Positions 1-9,012 of a stretch of DNA of 64,000 bases are shown piece by piece. The DNA comes from Calditrichales bacterium (GTDB lineage: Bacteria > Calditrichota > Calditrichia > Calditrichales > J004): the NCBI GenBank assembly GCA_965267575.1, contig OZ254086.1, positions 960,001 to 1,024,000 of the forward strand. Reading direction: 5' to 3'. The position numbers and the translations under genes were made by a program. Each line of letters begins with the position of its first letter. Position 1 is the first letter of the stretch. Below the pieces are notes generated by a model. The model saw only the letters and a list, made by a program, of their open reading frames with translations, was not told the origin of the DNA and did no database searches.

Positions 1-790
1 CAATCGATTTATGCCGCGACATGGTATGCCGCAGCGTCTGTTCGGCACGTTTCAGCTCATCAATATCTTCAAAAATGATCATCGCGTATTGTGCTTCCCC
101 CGCGTCATTACGCACCATGGCCGTGTGCTGACAAACCCAGAACAATTTTCCATCCTTGCTTACGCAACGTTTTTCCAGCCGCGTATCATTATTGCTAAAA
201 TCGTGCCTGGACAAACGGATATCTTTTTGATGATCGCCTTTGTAGGTCAGCGACATAATGGTCCGTCCCATCAATTCCGGATAGGCAAACCCAAACATCT
301 GAACAAACTTGCGGTTAACGTCAATTATCTCGGCGTCGAGGTTGACAAAGGCAATGGCCAGCGGTCCGTTTTCAAAAGCCAGGCGGAAGCGCTCTTTTTC
401 TTTTCGCAGATTGTTTTCCAAAAGGTGCTCACGGGTCACGTCGCGGGTAATTTTGGCAAAGCCGACAAATTCATTTTTTTCGTGGAGGGCAATAAGGATG
501 GCATGGGCGTAAAAACTGCCTTCACCGGCCCGCCGCCGCCAGCCGTACTCTTCAAAGCGGCCGGATTCACGTGCTTTGTCCAAGTGATGTTCAGGAAGTT
601 TTTTGCGGCGATCGTCTTCCAGGTAGAGGGTCCGGAAGTGCTTGCCGATAATCTGTTCGCGAGTCCAGCCTTTGATCAGCTCGGCGCCGCTGTTCCAGCT
701 TTGGATAATACCCTGCTCATCCAGCAAAAAAATGGCATAATCAGGGAGATTGTCTATTAACAGACTGTATTTTTGGCCTATATCCAACAT
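1..790 (-). CDS. Multi-PAS-domain sensor protein, 5' part (runs off the left edge)
   Basis: Absent from the ORF track. Manual translation from ATG at 790 gives MLDIGQKYSLLIDNLPDYAIFLLDEQGIIQSWNSGAELIKGW...FAKITRDVT...ERFRLAFENGPLAIAFVNLD...IIFEDIDELKRAE, i.e. tandem PAS/PAC repeats, open to position 1. Confidence 0.85.
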   Translation of the reverse strand, partial: MLDIGQKYSLLIDNLPDYAIFLLDEQGIIQSWNSGAELIKGWTREQIIGKHFRTLYLEDDRRKKLPEHHLDKARESGRFEEYGWRRRAGEGSFYAHAILIALHEKNEFVGFAKITRDVTREHLLENNLRKEKERFRLAFENGPLAIAFVNLDAEIIDVNRKFVQMFGFAYPELMGRTIMSLTYKGDHQKDIRLSRHDFSNNDTRLEKRCVSKDGKLFWVCQHTAMVRNDAGEAQYAMIIFEDIDELKRAEQTLRHTMSRHKSI

Positions 791-865
791 AAGCTTACGG
801 GGTTTAGGATTGTGCAGCCAATACGACCCGCTATGGTACGCAGCCCTAACCCCGATGGCAAGCTT
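791..865. repeat. Imperfect long inverted repeat filling the intergenic gap
   Basis: CGGGGTTTAGG (798-808) pairs with CCTAACCCCG (845-854); AAGCTT at both 791-796 and 860-865. Confidence 0.6.
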
Positions 866-871
866 TAAATA

Positions 872-2848
872 TCAGGGGAGATAAAGCATTTTTTTCTGCT
901 GCGTTTGCCCTTCCGCCGTAATGCGATAGGTGTAAAGCCCTGCGGCCAGTTCACGGGCTACAAAAGAGAGCTCCTTGCTGCCGGCAGAATCGTAGGTAAG
1001 TGTTCTTGATTCTACCTTGCGCCCGCGGATGTCAAAAACTTCAAAGACCACACGGCCGGGGCTGGCGATAAAAAACTCTATGGATGTACCCGGGTTAAAG
1101 GGATTGGGATAATTCTGCTCCAGGCGGAAGCTCTCCGGTTGTGCTCCCGGGCCGCCGATGGAGGAAACATTGTCTAGACGGAACTGCTGCAGGTTAAAGC
1201 CGCCCTGCTCAAAAACCAGGCGTAATTCCTGGCTGCCGGCGCTCATCTCAATGGTGTCTTTAAGGCTCAGCTCTTTCCAGCTGTACCAACCGCCGGTAGC
1301 TGCCACAGCCACGGGCCCGGCCACCTTACTGCCGTTGACGTAAACGCTTATCTGCCCGCCGCCGCTTTGCGAAGCAACATATAAGGTAAGATTGTATCCA
1401 CCGCTCTCGGTCACGTCAACCGTGTAATCGACCCATTCGCCGTCTTCAATCCAGCCGATGCTGTATTCCGCGCCGTCGGAAGCGTTGCTCTTTTCCAGGT
1501 CAACGCCATCGTTGCGCAGCTCGTAGCCGCGGTTCCAGGGCTGGTCGGCATCCCAGTAGGTTTTTTTCCAGTCGTTGTCACCATAGGCCTGGTTGATATT
1601 GCCGATATCATAAGCGTAAGCCGGGATCATGCCGGGAACCTCGAGGTGCATGTAAGGCATGGTTTCCGTGCCATAATTCTCATTCAGCATGGAAGGCAGC
1701 AGGTCCGGACGATAGGTGCATTTGTCCAGCGCAAGGTTGTCGGCCATCTCCCACAATGCCGCCGTGGCAAAATTCTGCGAAGGACGCGACGCCCGACCGT
1801 TCCAGTAATCCAGCACCTGCTGGTAGCCCGGCAGGATCGGCGCGCTGTAGGGGCTTGTGATCGTGGCTAACTTTTTATGGGTCCACCAGCACCAGCTTAC
1901 GTTTTCCTGCTCCAGCAGGCGGATCGTTTCGTAAAACCAGGGATTGCTGTTTTCGCCGGACTCGCCCATCCACAATGGGATGCCCCAGTCGCGGCGCATA
2001 TTCAGGTAAGTCTGGATTGTCCCTTTGGTGGTTTCGCTCCAGTACTTGTGGAAGCTGTAAGAGATGTTGAAATCCCAGGGCGGTACCAGCTCCGAAAAAT
2101 CGGTGGCGTAGGTGTTGCCTTCCACAAAAAGCACATGCTGATCGCCCAGGTCGCGGATGGCGTTTGTCAGCCTCACATAAAGCGCGCGCAGGTCACGCCC
2201 CGGCACCCCGGAGGGTAGCACCGGCTCGTTGATCAGGTCGTAACCTGCAATGACGGCTTCGTCTTTGTAGCGCCGTGAAATCTCGCTCCAGATGGCAACG
2301 GTTTTGTCCTTGTATTTTTCTTCCAGCCACAGCCGCGCCGTACCGTCACTGTCGCTGATGTTGCCGCCGTTCTGGCCGCCGGGGGCGGCATGCATATCCA
2401 AAATCAGGTATAGATCGTATTTACGGCACCAGGCGATCACCGTGTCAATCACGGCAAAGCCCTCTTCCAGGAATCCCGCCGAATCCATCGGTGACAGCTT
2501 GTTGTAATGAAGCGGCAGACGGATGCTGTTAAAACCCCATTCGGCGATTTTGGCGATGTCCGCCTCGGCCACGTAGTTTGCTTCATAGCGGCGGTAAAAC
2601 TCTGCGGTATTTTCCTCGCCAATCAGATCGGTGATCATTTCACGGATGGAGGTGGGCGAGCCGAAGCCGGGCGTGTGCAGCATATAACCCTCCGGCACAA
2701 GCCAGCCGCCCAGCCCATAACCGCGCAGGAAAACCTCGCTGCCGGTTGAATCGACAAACACACCGTTTTGCGCTTTAAAATTTAAACCGTTGGCGGAAGC
2801 GGCGCCGCAAAGAACAAGAAACAACAGAGACGTCAATAACTTTTTCAT
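872..2848 (-). CDS. GH5 glycoside hydrolase + CBM6-like module + T9SS-type C-terminal sorting domain
   Basis: Signal peptide; GH5 motifs LILDMHAAPGGQ, DLINEP (acid/base), WMGESGE (nucleophile); CBM6-like IGWIEDGEWVDYTV...TGGWYSW; C-terminal LEQNYPNPFNPGT...KKMLYL. Confidence 0.9.
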   Translation of the reverse strand: MKKLLTSLLFLVLCGAASANGLNFKAQNGVFVDSTGSEVFLRGYGLGGWLVPEGYMLHTPGFGSPTSIREMITDLIGEENTAEFYRRYEANYVAEADIAKIAEWGFNSIRLPLHYNKLSPMDSAGFLEEGFAVIDTVIAWCRKYDLYLILDMHAAPGGQNGGNISDSDGTARLWLEEKYKDKTVAIWSEISRRYKDEAVIAGYDLINEPVLPSGVPGRDLRALYVRLTNAIRDLGDQHVLFVEGNTYATDFSELVPPWDFNISYSFHKYWSETTKGTIQTYLNMRRDWGIPLWMGESGENSNPWFYETIRLLEQENVSWCWWTHKKLATITSPYSAPILPGYQQVLDYWNGRASRPSQNFATAALWEMADNLALDKCTYRPDLLPSMLNENYGTETMPYMHLEVPGMIPAYAYDIGNINQAYGDNDWKKTYWDADQPWNRGYELRNDGVDLEKSNASDGAEYSIGWIEDGEWVDYTVDVTESGGYNLTLYVASQSGGGQISVYVNGSKVAGPVAVAATGGWYSWKELSLKDTIEMSAGSQELRLVFEQGGFNLQQFRLDNVSSIGGPGAQPESFRLEQNYPNPFNPGTSIEFFIASPGRVVFEVFDIRGRKVESRTLTYDSAGSKELSFVARELAAGLYTYRITAEGQTQQKKMLYLP

Positions 2849-2856
2849 CAGATCAC

Positions 2857-3885
2857 CTATGGTAGTAAAGCATCACGCAGTTGCGTAACCCATTGATTGT
2901 TTTCTTTGTCGTATGCCCCAAAGCCGGCGGCAAACTCCCAGTAGGCCCAGCTAAAACCGAGCGCTTCGGCGCTGCGTGTGACAAAATTCGTCCAGCGGGC
3001 GCGGCTGGCCATATCGGCTTTGCTGTAGGCGCCAAACTCCCCGATGTGCAGCGGCACATTGTTGGCGGCGGAGAACGCGGCCGCTTTGTTTAATGCCTCC
3101 GTCACGGCACTCTTTTCGGCGCTTGTACCCAGCCAGGTGGTTCCCAGCCATTCATCGGCGCCGTCCACCCATTCCGCACCCTGGTGCGTAAAGTGGAACG
3201 GCTCGTAATAATGCACGGTCACGATCAGGTTGTCGTCAGCGGGCAGCTGCAACTTGTCCAGGCCATGCACGCCGCCCCATTCCGCCGTGCCTATAACAAG
3301 CGTGTGTACGGTATCAATCTGGCGGATCATCGCCACTGTTTCCGCGGCCAGCGTGTTCCACAGTTCGGCAGTGAGATTGTCGTGCGGCTCGTTGAGCAGC
3401 TCCCACATGACCGTGGTGGGATATGCGGCGTAATGTTCGGCCAGCTGCGCCCAGATTGCCTTGTAGCGTTCCGTTTGCGCGGCGGGCTCGGCAAATATCT
3501 CCTGATAATGGTGGATATTCAGCATCACGGCCAGGTTGTTTTCCAGCGCTTTGTTTACGGCCCAATCCACCCGCGCCAGAAAAGCCGCGTCTATGGTGTA
3601 GGGCGCCGTTTCCTGCGCGTGGGCGCTCCAGCGTACGGTAATGCGCACTGAGTTAAAGCCGGCATCGGCGATGATGCCGAACCACTCTTCCTGCAGCACA
3701 ATGCCCCAATCGCCTTCGTTGGGCGCTTCCAGGGCGTTGCCTAGGTTAATGCCGCGGCCCAGCAGGGCGTTCTGCTCAAACGGGTCGGGCTTGGTCAGGT
3801 TACCGGGCTTTTCCTGTTCCGGCTCGGTGGTGCTTTGCGAGGAACAGGCAAACGCCAGCAAAAAAACAATCAGAAAACGCAACAC
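2857..3885 (-). CDS. GH5 endoglucanase, lipoprotein
   Basis: Lipobox AFAC; RGINLGNALEAP, LNIHHY, ELLNEPH, VHYYEPFHFTHQGA, HIGEFG, WAYWEF. Confidence 0.9.
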   Translation of the reverse strand: MLRFLIVFLLAFACSSQSTTEPEQEKPGNLTKPDPFEQNALLGRGINLGNALEAPNEGDWGIVLQEEWFGIIADAGFNSVRITVRWSAHAQETAPYTIDAAFLARVDWAVNKALENNLAVMLNIHHYQEIFAEPAAQTERYKAIWAQLAEHYAAYPTTVMWELLNEPHDNLTAELWNTLAAETVAMIRQIDTVHTLVIGTAEWGGVHGLDKLQLPADDNLIVTVHYYEPFHFTHQGAEWVDGADEWLGTTWLGTSAEKSAVTEALNKAAAFSAANNVPLHIGEFGAYSKADMASRARWTNFVTRSAEALGFSWAYWEFAAGFGAYDKENNQWVTQLRDALLP

Positions 3886-3893
3886 ATTAACTC

Positions 3894-5471
3894 CTACCAG
3901 AACCGGATATAGAGAATAGCCAGTATCGCGAAAATCAGGATTGAACTGATATTAAACACATTACCGGTATGGAACAGTTTATCGCTGATGATAAAGCCCT
4001 TGGGATCTTCTGTACGGTTCTTGGATTTATTTTCAATTAATGAAATGATGATCATGGCAACGCTGACGATCAGGAAGACCACGCCCATACGATTTAAGAA
4101 CGGGAAGTCCGGATACATCATTTTAAAGCCCCAGCTCAGCGGGATGGTCAGCACAGCTGCCCAGACAGCCGAGTTAGCCGTGGCCTTTTTCCAGAACAGG
4201 CCGAAGATAAAAATGGCAAAGATACCCGGGCTTACAAAGCCGGAGAATTCCTGGATAAACTGGAACACCTGTTCGAATGTTTTCAGGGTCGGCGCGATAA
4301 TAACGGCAATAAGCAGGGCGATGGCGCTGCCGATACGACCCACCAGCACAAGGCCGGTTTCGGTCGCGTCTTTTTTGATCAGCTGTTTGTAAATGTCTAT
4401 GGAAAAGATGGTGGCCGTGCTGTTCACCATGGAACTGAGCGAACTGACGATGGCAGCGATAAGCGCGGCAAAAGCCAGACCTTTCAGGCCGATCGGCACG
4501 TAGGTGCTGAGCAGCCAGGGATAAGCCTCGTCGGGTTTGGCCAGATCGGGATTAAGCATGGCAGCGGCAATACCCGGCACCACAACAATCATCGGCAGCA
4601 AAAGTTTGAGAAAGCCGCCAAAGACCAAACCACGCTGCGCTTCCTGCACGCTCTTGGCCGCCAGACCGCGCTGGGTGATGTACTGGTTACAGCCCCAGTA
4701 GAAAAAGTGCGCCATCCACATACCGCCCAGCAAAACACCCAAACCGGGCAGTTCTTTATAGTTCGGATTGTCCGGCGAAAGAATCATATCAAACTTGTCC
4801 GGCATCTCACTTATCAACATGGAAAGACCGGTAAATACGCCGCCTTGGTTGCTTACCGCGTTAAGCGCCATAAAACTTGTTACCAGACCGCCGATGATCA
4901 AAACCGTCACCTGCACCACGTCCGTCCAGGCTACGGCTTTAAGACCACCGTAGATGGAGTAAAGCGCCGAGAAAGCGGCCAGGCCGATGATACCGTACAT
5001 CAGCGGAATGCCCATGATGGTGCGCATGGCCAGCGCGCCGAGATAAAGCACCGACGTCAGGTTTACAAAGATGTAGAGCAGCAGCCAGAAAATCGCCAAA
5101 CCGGTGCGCACGCGGTGGTCGTAGCGGATTTCCAGAAGCTGCGGCATGGTATAGATCTCTTTTTCCAGGAAAATGGGCAGAAAGAATTTTGCAATCACAA
5201 TAAGCGCGATGGCCGCGGTCCATTCGTAGGTGGCAATCCCCAACCCGATCACGTAGCCGGAGCCGGACATGCCAATAAACTGCTCGGCGGAGATATTGGC
5301 CGCGATCAGTGATGCGCCCACCGCCCACCAGGGCAGTGCTTTACTGGCCAGAAAGTAATCTTTACTGTCCTTTTTGTGTCCCTTTTTCTCACGCGATACC
5401 CACAAACCCAAAAACACAATAAAGGCGATGTAGCCTATGAATATGATATAATCCAGTGTGGAAAAATTCAT
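3894..5471 (-). CDS. Sodium:solute symporter (SGLT-like sugar transporter)
   Basis: DYFLASKALPWWAVGASLIAANISAEQFIGMSGSG, YSIYGGLKAVAWTDVVQ, NQYITQRGLAA; many TM helices. Confidence 0.92.
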   Translation of the reverse strand: MNFSTLDYIIFIGYIAFIVFLGLWVSREKKGHKKDSKDYFLASKALPWWAVGASLIAANISAEQFIGMSGSGYVIGLGIATYEWTAAIALIVIAKFFLPIFLEKEIYTMPQLLEIRYDHRVRTGLAIFWLLLYIFVNLTSVLYLGALAMRTIMGIPLMYGIIGLAAFSALYSIYGGLKAVAWTDVVQVTVLIIGGLVTSFMALNAVSNQGGVFTGLSMLISEMPDKFDMILSPDNPNYKELPGLGVLLGGMWMAHFFYWGCNQYITQRGLAAKSVQEAQRGLVFGGFLKLLLPMIVVVPGIAAAMLNPDLAKPDEAYPWLLSTYVPIGLKGLAFAALIAAIVSSLSSMVNSTATIFSIDIYKQLIKKDATETGLVLVGRIGSAIALLIAVIIAPTLKTFEQVFQFIQEFSGFVSPGIFAIFIFGLFWKKATANSAVWAAVLTIPLSWGFKMMYPDFPFLNRMGVVFLIVSVAMIIISLIENKSKNRTEDPKGFIISDKLFHTGNVFNISSILIFAILAILYIRFW

Positions 5472-5493
5472 TTTGACTCCCTGAGTTAGGTTT

Positions 5494-8400
5494 TTATCGT
5501 ATCAATAACATTTTTTTTACGGCAACTGCTTTACCGTCAATTTTCATTTGATAAAAATACAATCCGCTGGCATTATTGTGCGCGATAAAATCCGCCGTGT
5601 GCCATCCTGCCGTCATGTTGCCGTTAACCAGTACAGCGATCTCGCGGCCCAGCACATCATACACGGCCAGATGCACGTTTGCCGCCCGTGCCAGCCCAAA
5701 GGCAATGCGCGTTTGCGGATTAAACGGATTGGGGTAATTCGGTTTTAGCTCAAATTGCAGCGGGTAATTTGCCACATCGTTTTCAATATGTGTATAGACC
5801 GTATTTTGGACGCCCGGACTACCGTTACCGGCGGAAGCGGCCCAGCTTTGGGCCAGGGCGTTATCTTTTGCGGGATTAATCAATTCCAGTGTGGCTCCGT
5901 CCCCGTCCGGCGATAAGGGCCACGGTGATTTATCGTCGTAGCGCACCGAATCTACCAGCGCCAGTGTGGCATCAAAGAGTCGCAGCAATTCGCCGGCGCC
6001 ATCAAAGCCGAACTCGACGGGTCCAAGCAGGGTGATGTCCGGATCGCTGAAAAAGGAGCGAAATGCCAGCGTATCGCGGCTGAGCACGAGATATTCTCCG
6101 GCAGCCAACGACGTGCCCTGCGGCAAAACAAAGGCATGCTGATCGTCGCTGTCTTTGAACACCCAGCCGCTCAGGTCCACCTGCTCATTTCCCGCGTTCA
6201 GCAGTTCAAGCCAGTCTTCACACTCAAAGTCGGGGTGGCTGTTATAGTTGATCTCATTTATCACAATGGCCGGGGTTTCTGTTTTTGTAAAAAGCGCTTT
6301 AAGCGATTGCCCCTGCGGGCGGACAAAAATGTTGGACTGCGATGAAGCATGACCCTCCCAGCCGCTGAAGTTATAGCCCGGGTCCGGTTTAGCCTGCAGC
6401 TCTACATCCTGCTCGTTAAAAAAGGGCGCTTTGAAGTCGCTGCCGGAGACGTCCACGCCTTCTACAAAAACGCGGCCGCCCTGCGCAGGGGCCAAAACAT
6501 TCAGCATGGGCCCGGAGGTTAGATTGAATTCCAGCATGATGTGCGCCAGCAGGTAAGGAGAACGGTATTCGGCGAACTCACGCATCACGGAAATACCCCA
6601 CTGCCATATGCCGAAATCGCGGTTCCAGCGCTGGTGATGGCGTCCGATCTCAGTGGCTATTTTGTTCTGCAGCGAATCGAGCAACGCCAAAACGTGCGGG
6701 CCGCCCAGGTTCCGGTTAAGATGAACTACCGCGCGATTACTGAAGCGGCGGCGGAACTGCGGGTTTTGGGTAATCAGACGGAAAAGCTCCGTGGACCAGG
6801 CCGGATTGGGCCAGTTGGGGCCGTTCTCCTGCAGGGCAAAGTCCATCATATTTTTGTCATAAGTTGAGCCACTATACAGACCAAAGGAAAAATCGGTGTC
6901 GAACAGCAGCCAGCGGAAACGGCCGTCTTCGTGTTGCGGCCGCCAGTATTTGATATTGTTGCCGGGCCAGTCGGTGTTGGCGCCAAAAAGCTGCAGCAGG
7001 GTGTAATCGATATAGGAATCGACGTCCATCATTCCTGCCAGCGGCGGGAATGCTTCTTCACGCGTCATATCCGTAGTGCGCAGATAATCGAGCATGGAGC
7101 GGTAAGCATCGGCACTGCCATGGATGACAAATTTGTCGTTTTCAAGCAGATCAATGCTGTCGGGGTCAATATTATAATGGCCGGCGAAATAGTGCTCATT
7201 AGCCTTTTCGCGCAGGTTGTGGATGCCCCAGTATTCACCGTTGATATAAAGCACCACCGGTCTGTAAGCAAGGTGGTCAATATCCATGCGCGAGGCCAGG
7301 CTGTGCATCAAAGGATCGCGTAGCAGGGTGGACTCCCAGTCGTTGCCGCCGTTGCGCAGCACAAAGGCTTCAAAGCGGTCGATGCCTTTTGCGCCAAAAA
7401 GCGGGTAGTCCAGATCTCCGGCGCCATAAGCCGAGCGGAAAAATACCGCCAGCGATTTCTGCGGGTGCGCGCGCGACCAGCCACCCATGATCTTGATTCC
7501 CGCCTGCGCGTTCCAGGCCGGGCTGCCATCTTTTTCAAACATCTCCAGCGTTACCGGCACCTCGATGTCTTTCCAGAAGTTGGCGCCAAAGTAGGGCACG
7601 GAAGGCTGGGCGTCAGGCCCGTGCATGTAAATACCGGTTTGTTCATCAAACAAATTGGCAGGCTCTGTGGCCAGGGAAATAACCGGCAAATCGTGGTTTT
7701 CGTTTATAAAATAAGTGGCGCTGAAAACATCTCCGGGCACGTAACCCGGTGCGAAGGCGCGTGCCCGCAGCACGGTCGTATTTTGTATTCTGAAAGGTGT
7801 CTCGTATAAAGCGGAGTTTTCATGGGGTGTGCTGCCGTCCAGCGTGTAACGGATGGCAAAGCCGGAATCGGCCTGCAGATAAACGCGCGGGGCTGTTACG
7901 AAAAAGCCCCCGACGGGAGAGGCGCTGATGTCCGGCGCCCTGCCGGCGTAGTGCGGCCCCATGTTGGCGGCGGCCGGAGTGGGTTGCACAAAAATGCCCC
8001 TGTTCTCCGAACCATCCGGTAAGAGGCCAAACGATTCATCCGCGGCAAGGGCAGGCACGGCCATACTGTCCACAAGGCCGCTGCTGCCGGAGAGATATAA
8101 CGTTTCGGAGCCGCTGTTGACTTTGAAGTTGGCGTGCCATTCCACCTGCGGCAGCCATGCCTGCGGCTGCGGTGTTTCGGAAACAAAAGCTTCCGAAGTG
8201 TAGCCGGCGCTCAAGAATGGAATGCAGCTCATATCGCTGGAGTTCTCCCCGAAATTGTGCACTTCAATGGCCAGCATGTTTTGGCCGTTTTGCAGGGCGC
8301 TCATGTCAAGCTCGTATCGTTCCGCCCGGCCACCGCTGTACAGTTGCGCTTCGCGGCCGGTGTTTGCCCATTGGTCAAAGGTCACCGTCTCGCCGGGTTC

Positions 8401-9000
8401 ACCGATGTTGGCCCGCGCTACCTCAGTGCCGTTGATGTAGGCGACAAAAGCATCATCATAATCTATATGCAGATAGAGGGCAGCCAGAGAATCGGGATAG
8501 TTAATCTGAAAGGGCAAGCGCAGGTAAACGGTGCGTACCGGGCTTACAACCGATGCGTCGTCTCCATCCCCGTAGCCCACGCCGGTTGGTCCGCTGAGCC
8601 AGGCGTCATCGTTGAAGCCGGTCTCCTTCCAGCTATTGCCGATATCGTATGTTACCTGACGGTAGCGGCAGGTATCGCCCCAGCCGATGAGACGATCGAA
8701 AAAAAGCGTTTTGTTTTGTGCGCTTTTGCCCGAAGCCAGCACCAGCAGAAATGAATCCGGCGCCAGGGTCAGCGAAGGAAGGCGCCATTTCAGGGGAAGG
8801 TCTCTGTCGTCGGAGAGAAAAAAGCCGTCCGTGGCAACACTATCCAGGCCTCCGTTAAAAAGTTCAATCCAATCCGGATAGTCCCCGTCCCTGTCGTTTA
8901 AAAATGTACGATTGGCGCTCATCACTTCGTTGATACGCAAGGTATCCTGTTGGCTGAAGGCAATGCCCAGCGCCAGCAGGAGCACAATGAAGTGATTCAT
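5494..9000 (-). CDS. Secreted CotH-family kinase with lamin-tail domains, Fn3-associated domain and T9SS-type CTD
   Basis: LTD motifs RINEVMSAN..DWIELFN and VINEINYN..DWLELLN; IRYTLDGSTP; CotH motifs LRNGGND, NGEYWGIHNLRE, NTDWPGNN, WLLFDTDFSFG; NYPNPFNP CTD. Confidence 0.88.
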   Translation of the reverse strand: MNHFIVLLLALGIAFSQQDTLRINEVMSANRTFLNDRDGDYPDWIELFNGGLDSVATDGFFLSDDRDLPLKWRLPSLTLAPDSFLLVLASGKSAQNKTLFFDRLIGWGDTCRYRQVTYDIGNSWKETGFNDDAWLSGPTGVGYGDGDDASVVSPVRTVYLRLPFQINYPDSLAALYLHIDYDDAFVAYINGTEVARANIGEPGETVTFDQWANTGREAQLYSGGRAERYELDMSALQNGQNMLAIEVHNFGENSSDMSCIPFLSAGYTSEAFVSETPQPQAWLPQVEWHANFKVNSGSETLYLSGSSGLVDSMAVPALAADESFGLLPDGSENRGIFVQPTPAAANMGPHYAGRAPDISASPVGGFFVTAPRVYLQADSGFAIRYTLDGSTPHENSALYETPFRIQNTTVLRARAFAPGYVPGDVFSATYFINENHDLPVISLATEPANLFDEQTGIYMHGPDAQPSVPYFGANFWKDIEVPVTLEMFEKDGSPAWNAQAGIKIMGGWSRAHPQKSLAVFFRSAYGAGDLDYPLFGAKGIDRFEAFVLRNGGNDWESTLLRDPLMHSLASRMDIDHLAYRPVVLYINGEYWGIHNLREKANEHYFAGHYNIDPDSIDLLENDKFVIHGSADAYRSMLDYLRTTDMTREEAFPPLAGMMDVDSYIDYTLLQLFGANTDWPGNNIKYWRPQHEDGRFRWLLFDTDFSFGLYSGSTYDKNMMDFALQENGPNWPNPAWSTELFRLITQNPQFRRRFSNRAVVHLNRNLGGPHVLALLDSLQNKIATEIGRHHQRWNRDFGIWQWGISVMREFAEYRSPYLLAHIMLEFNLTSGPMLNVLAPAQGGRVFVEGVDVSGSDFKAPFFNEQDVELQAKPDPGYNFSGWEGHASSQSNIFVRPQGQSLKALFTKTETPAIVINEINYNSHPDFECEDWLELLNAGNEQVDLSGWVFKDSDDQHAFVLPQGTSLAAGEYLVLSRDTLAFRSFFSDPDITLLGPVEFGFDGAGELLRLFDATLALVDSVRYDDKSPWPLSPDGDGATLELINPAKDNALAQSWAASAGNGSPGVQNTVYTHIENDVANYPLQFELKPNYPNPFNPQTRIAFGLARAANVHLAVYDVLGREIAVLVNGNMTAGWHTADFIAHNNASGLYFYQMKIDGKAVAVKKMLLIR

Positions 9001-9012
9001 GCATCACCATCC

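Noticed and set aside
11-760. 249-aa plus-strand ORF
   Set aside because: Antisense shadow of the PAS-domain gene on the minus strand; no recognisable motifs.
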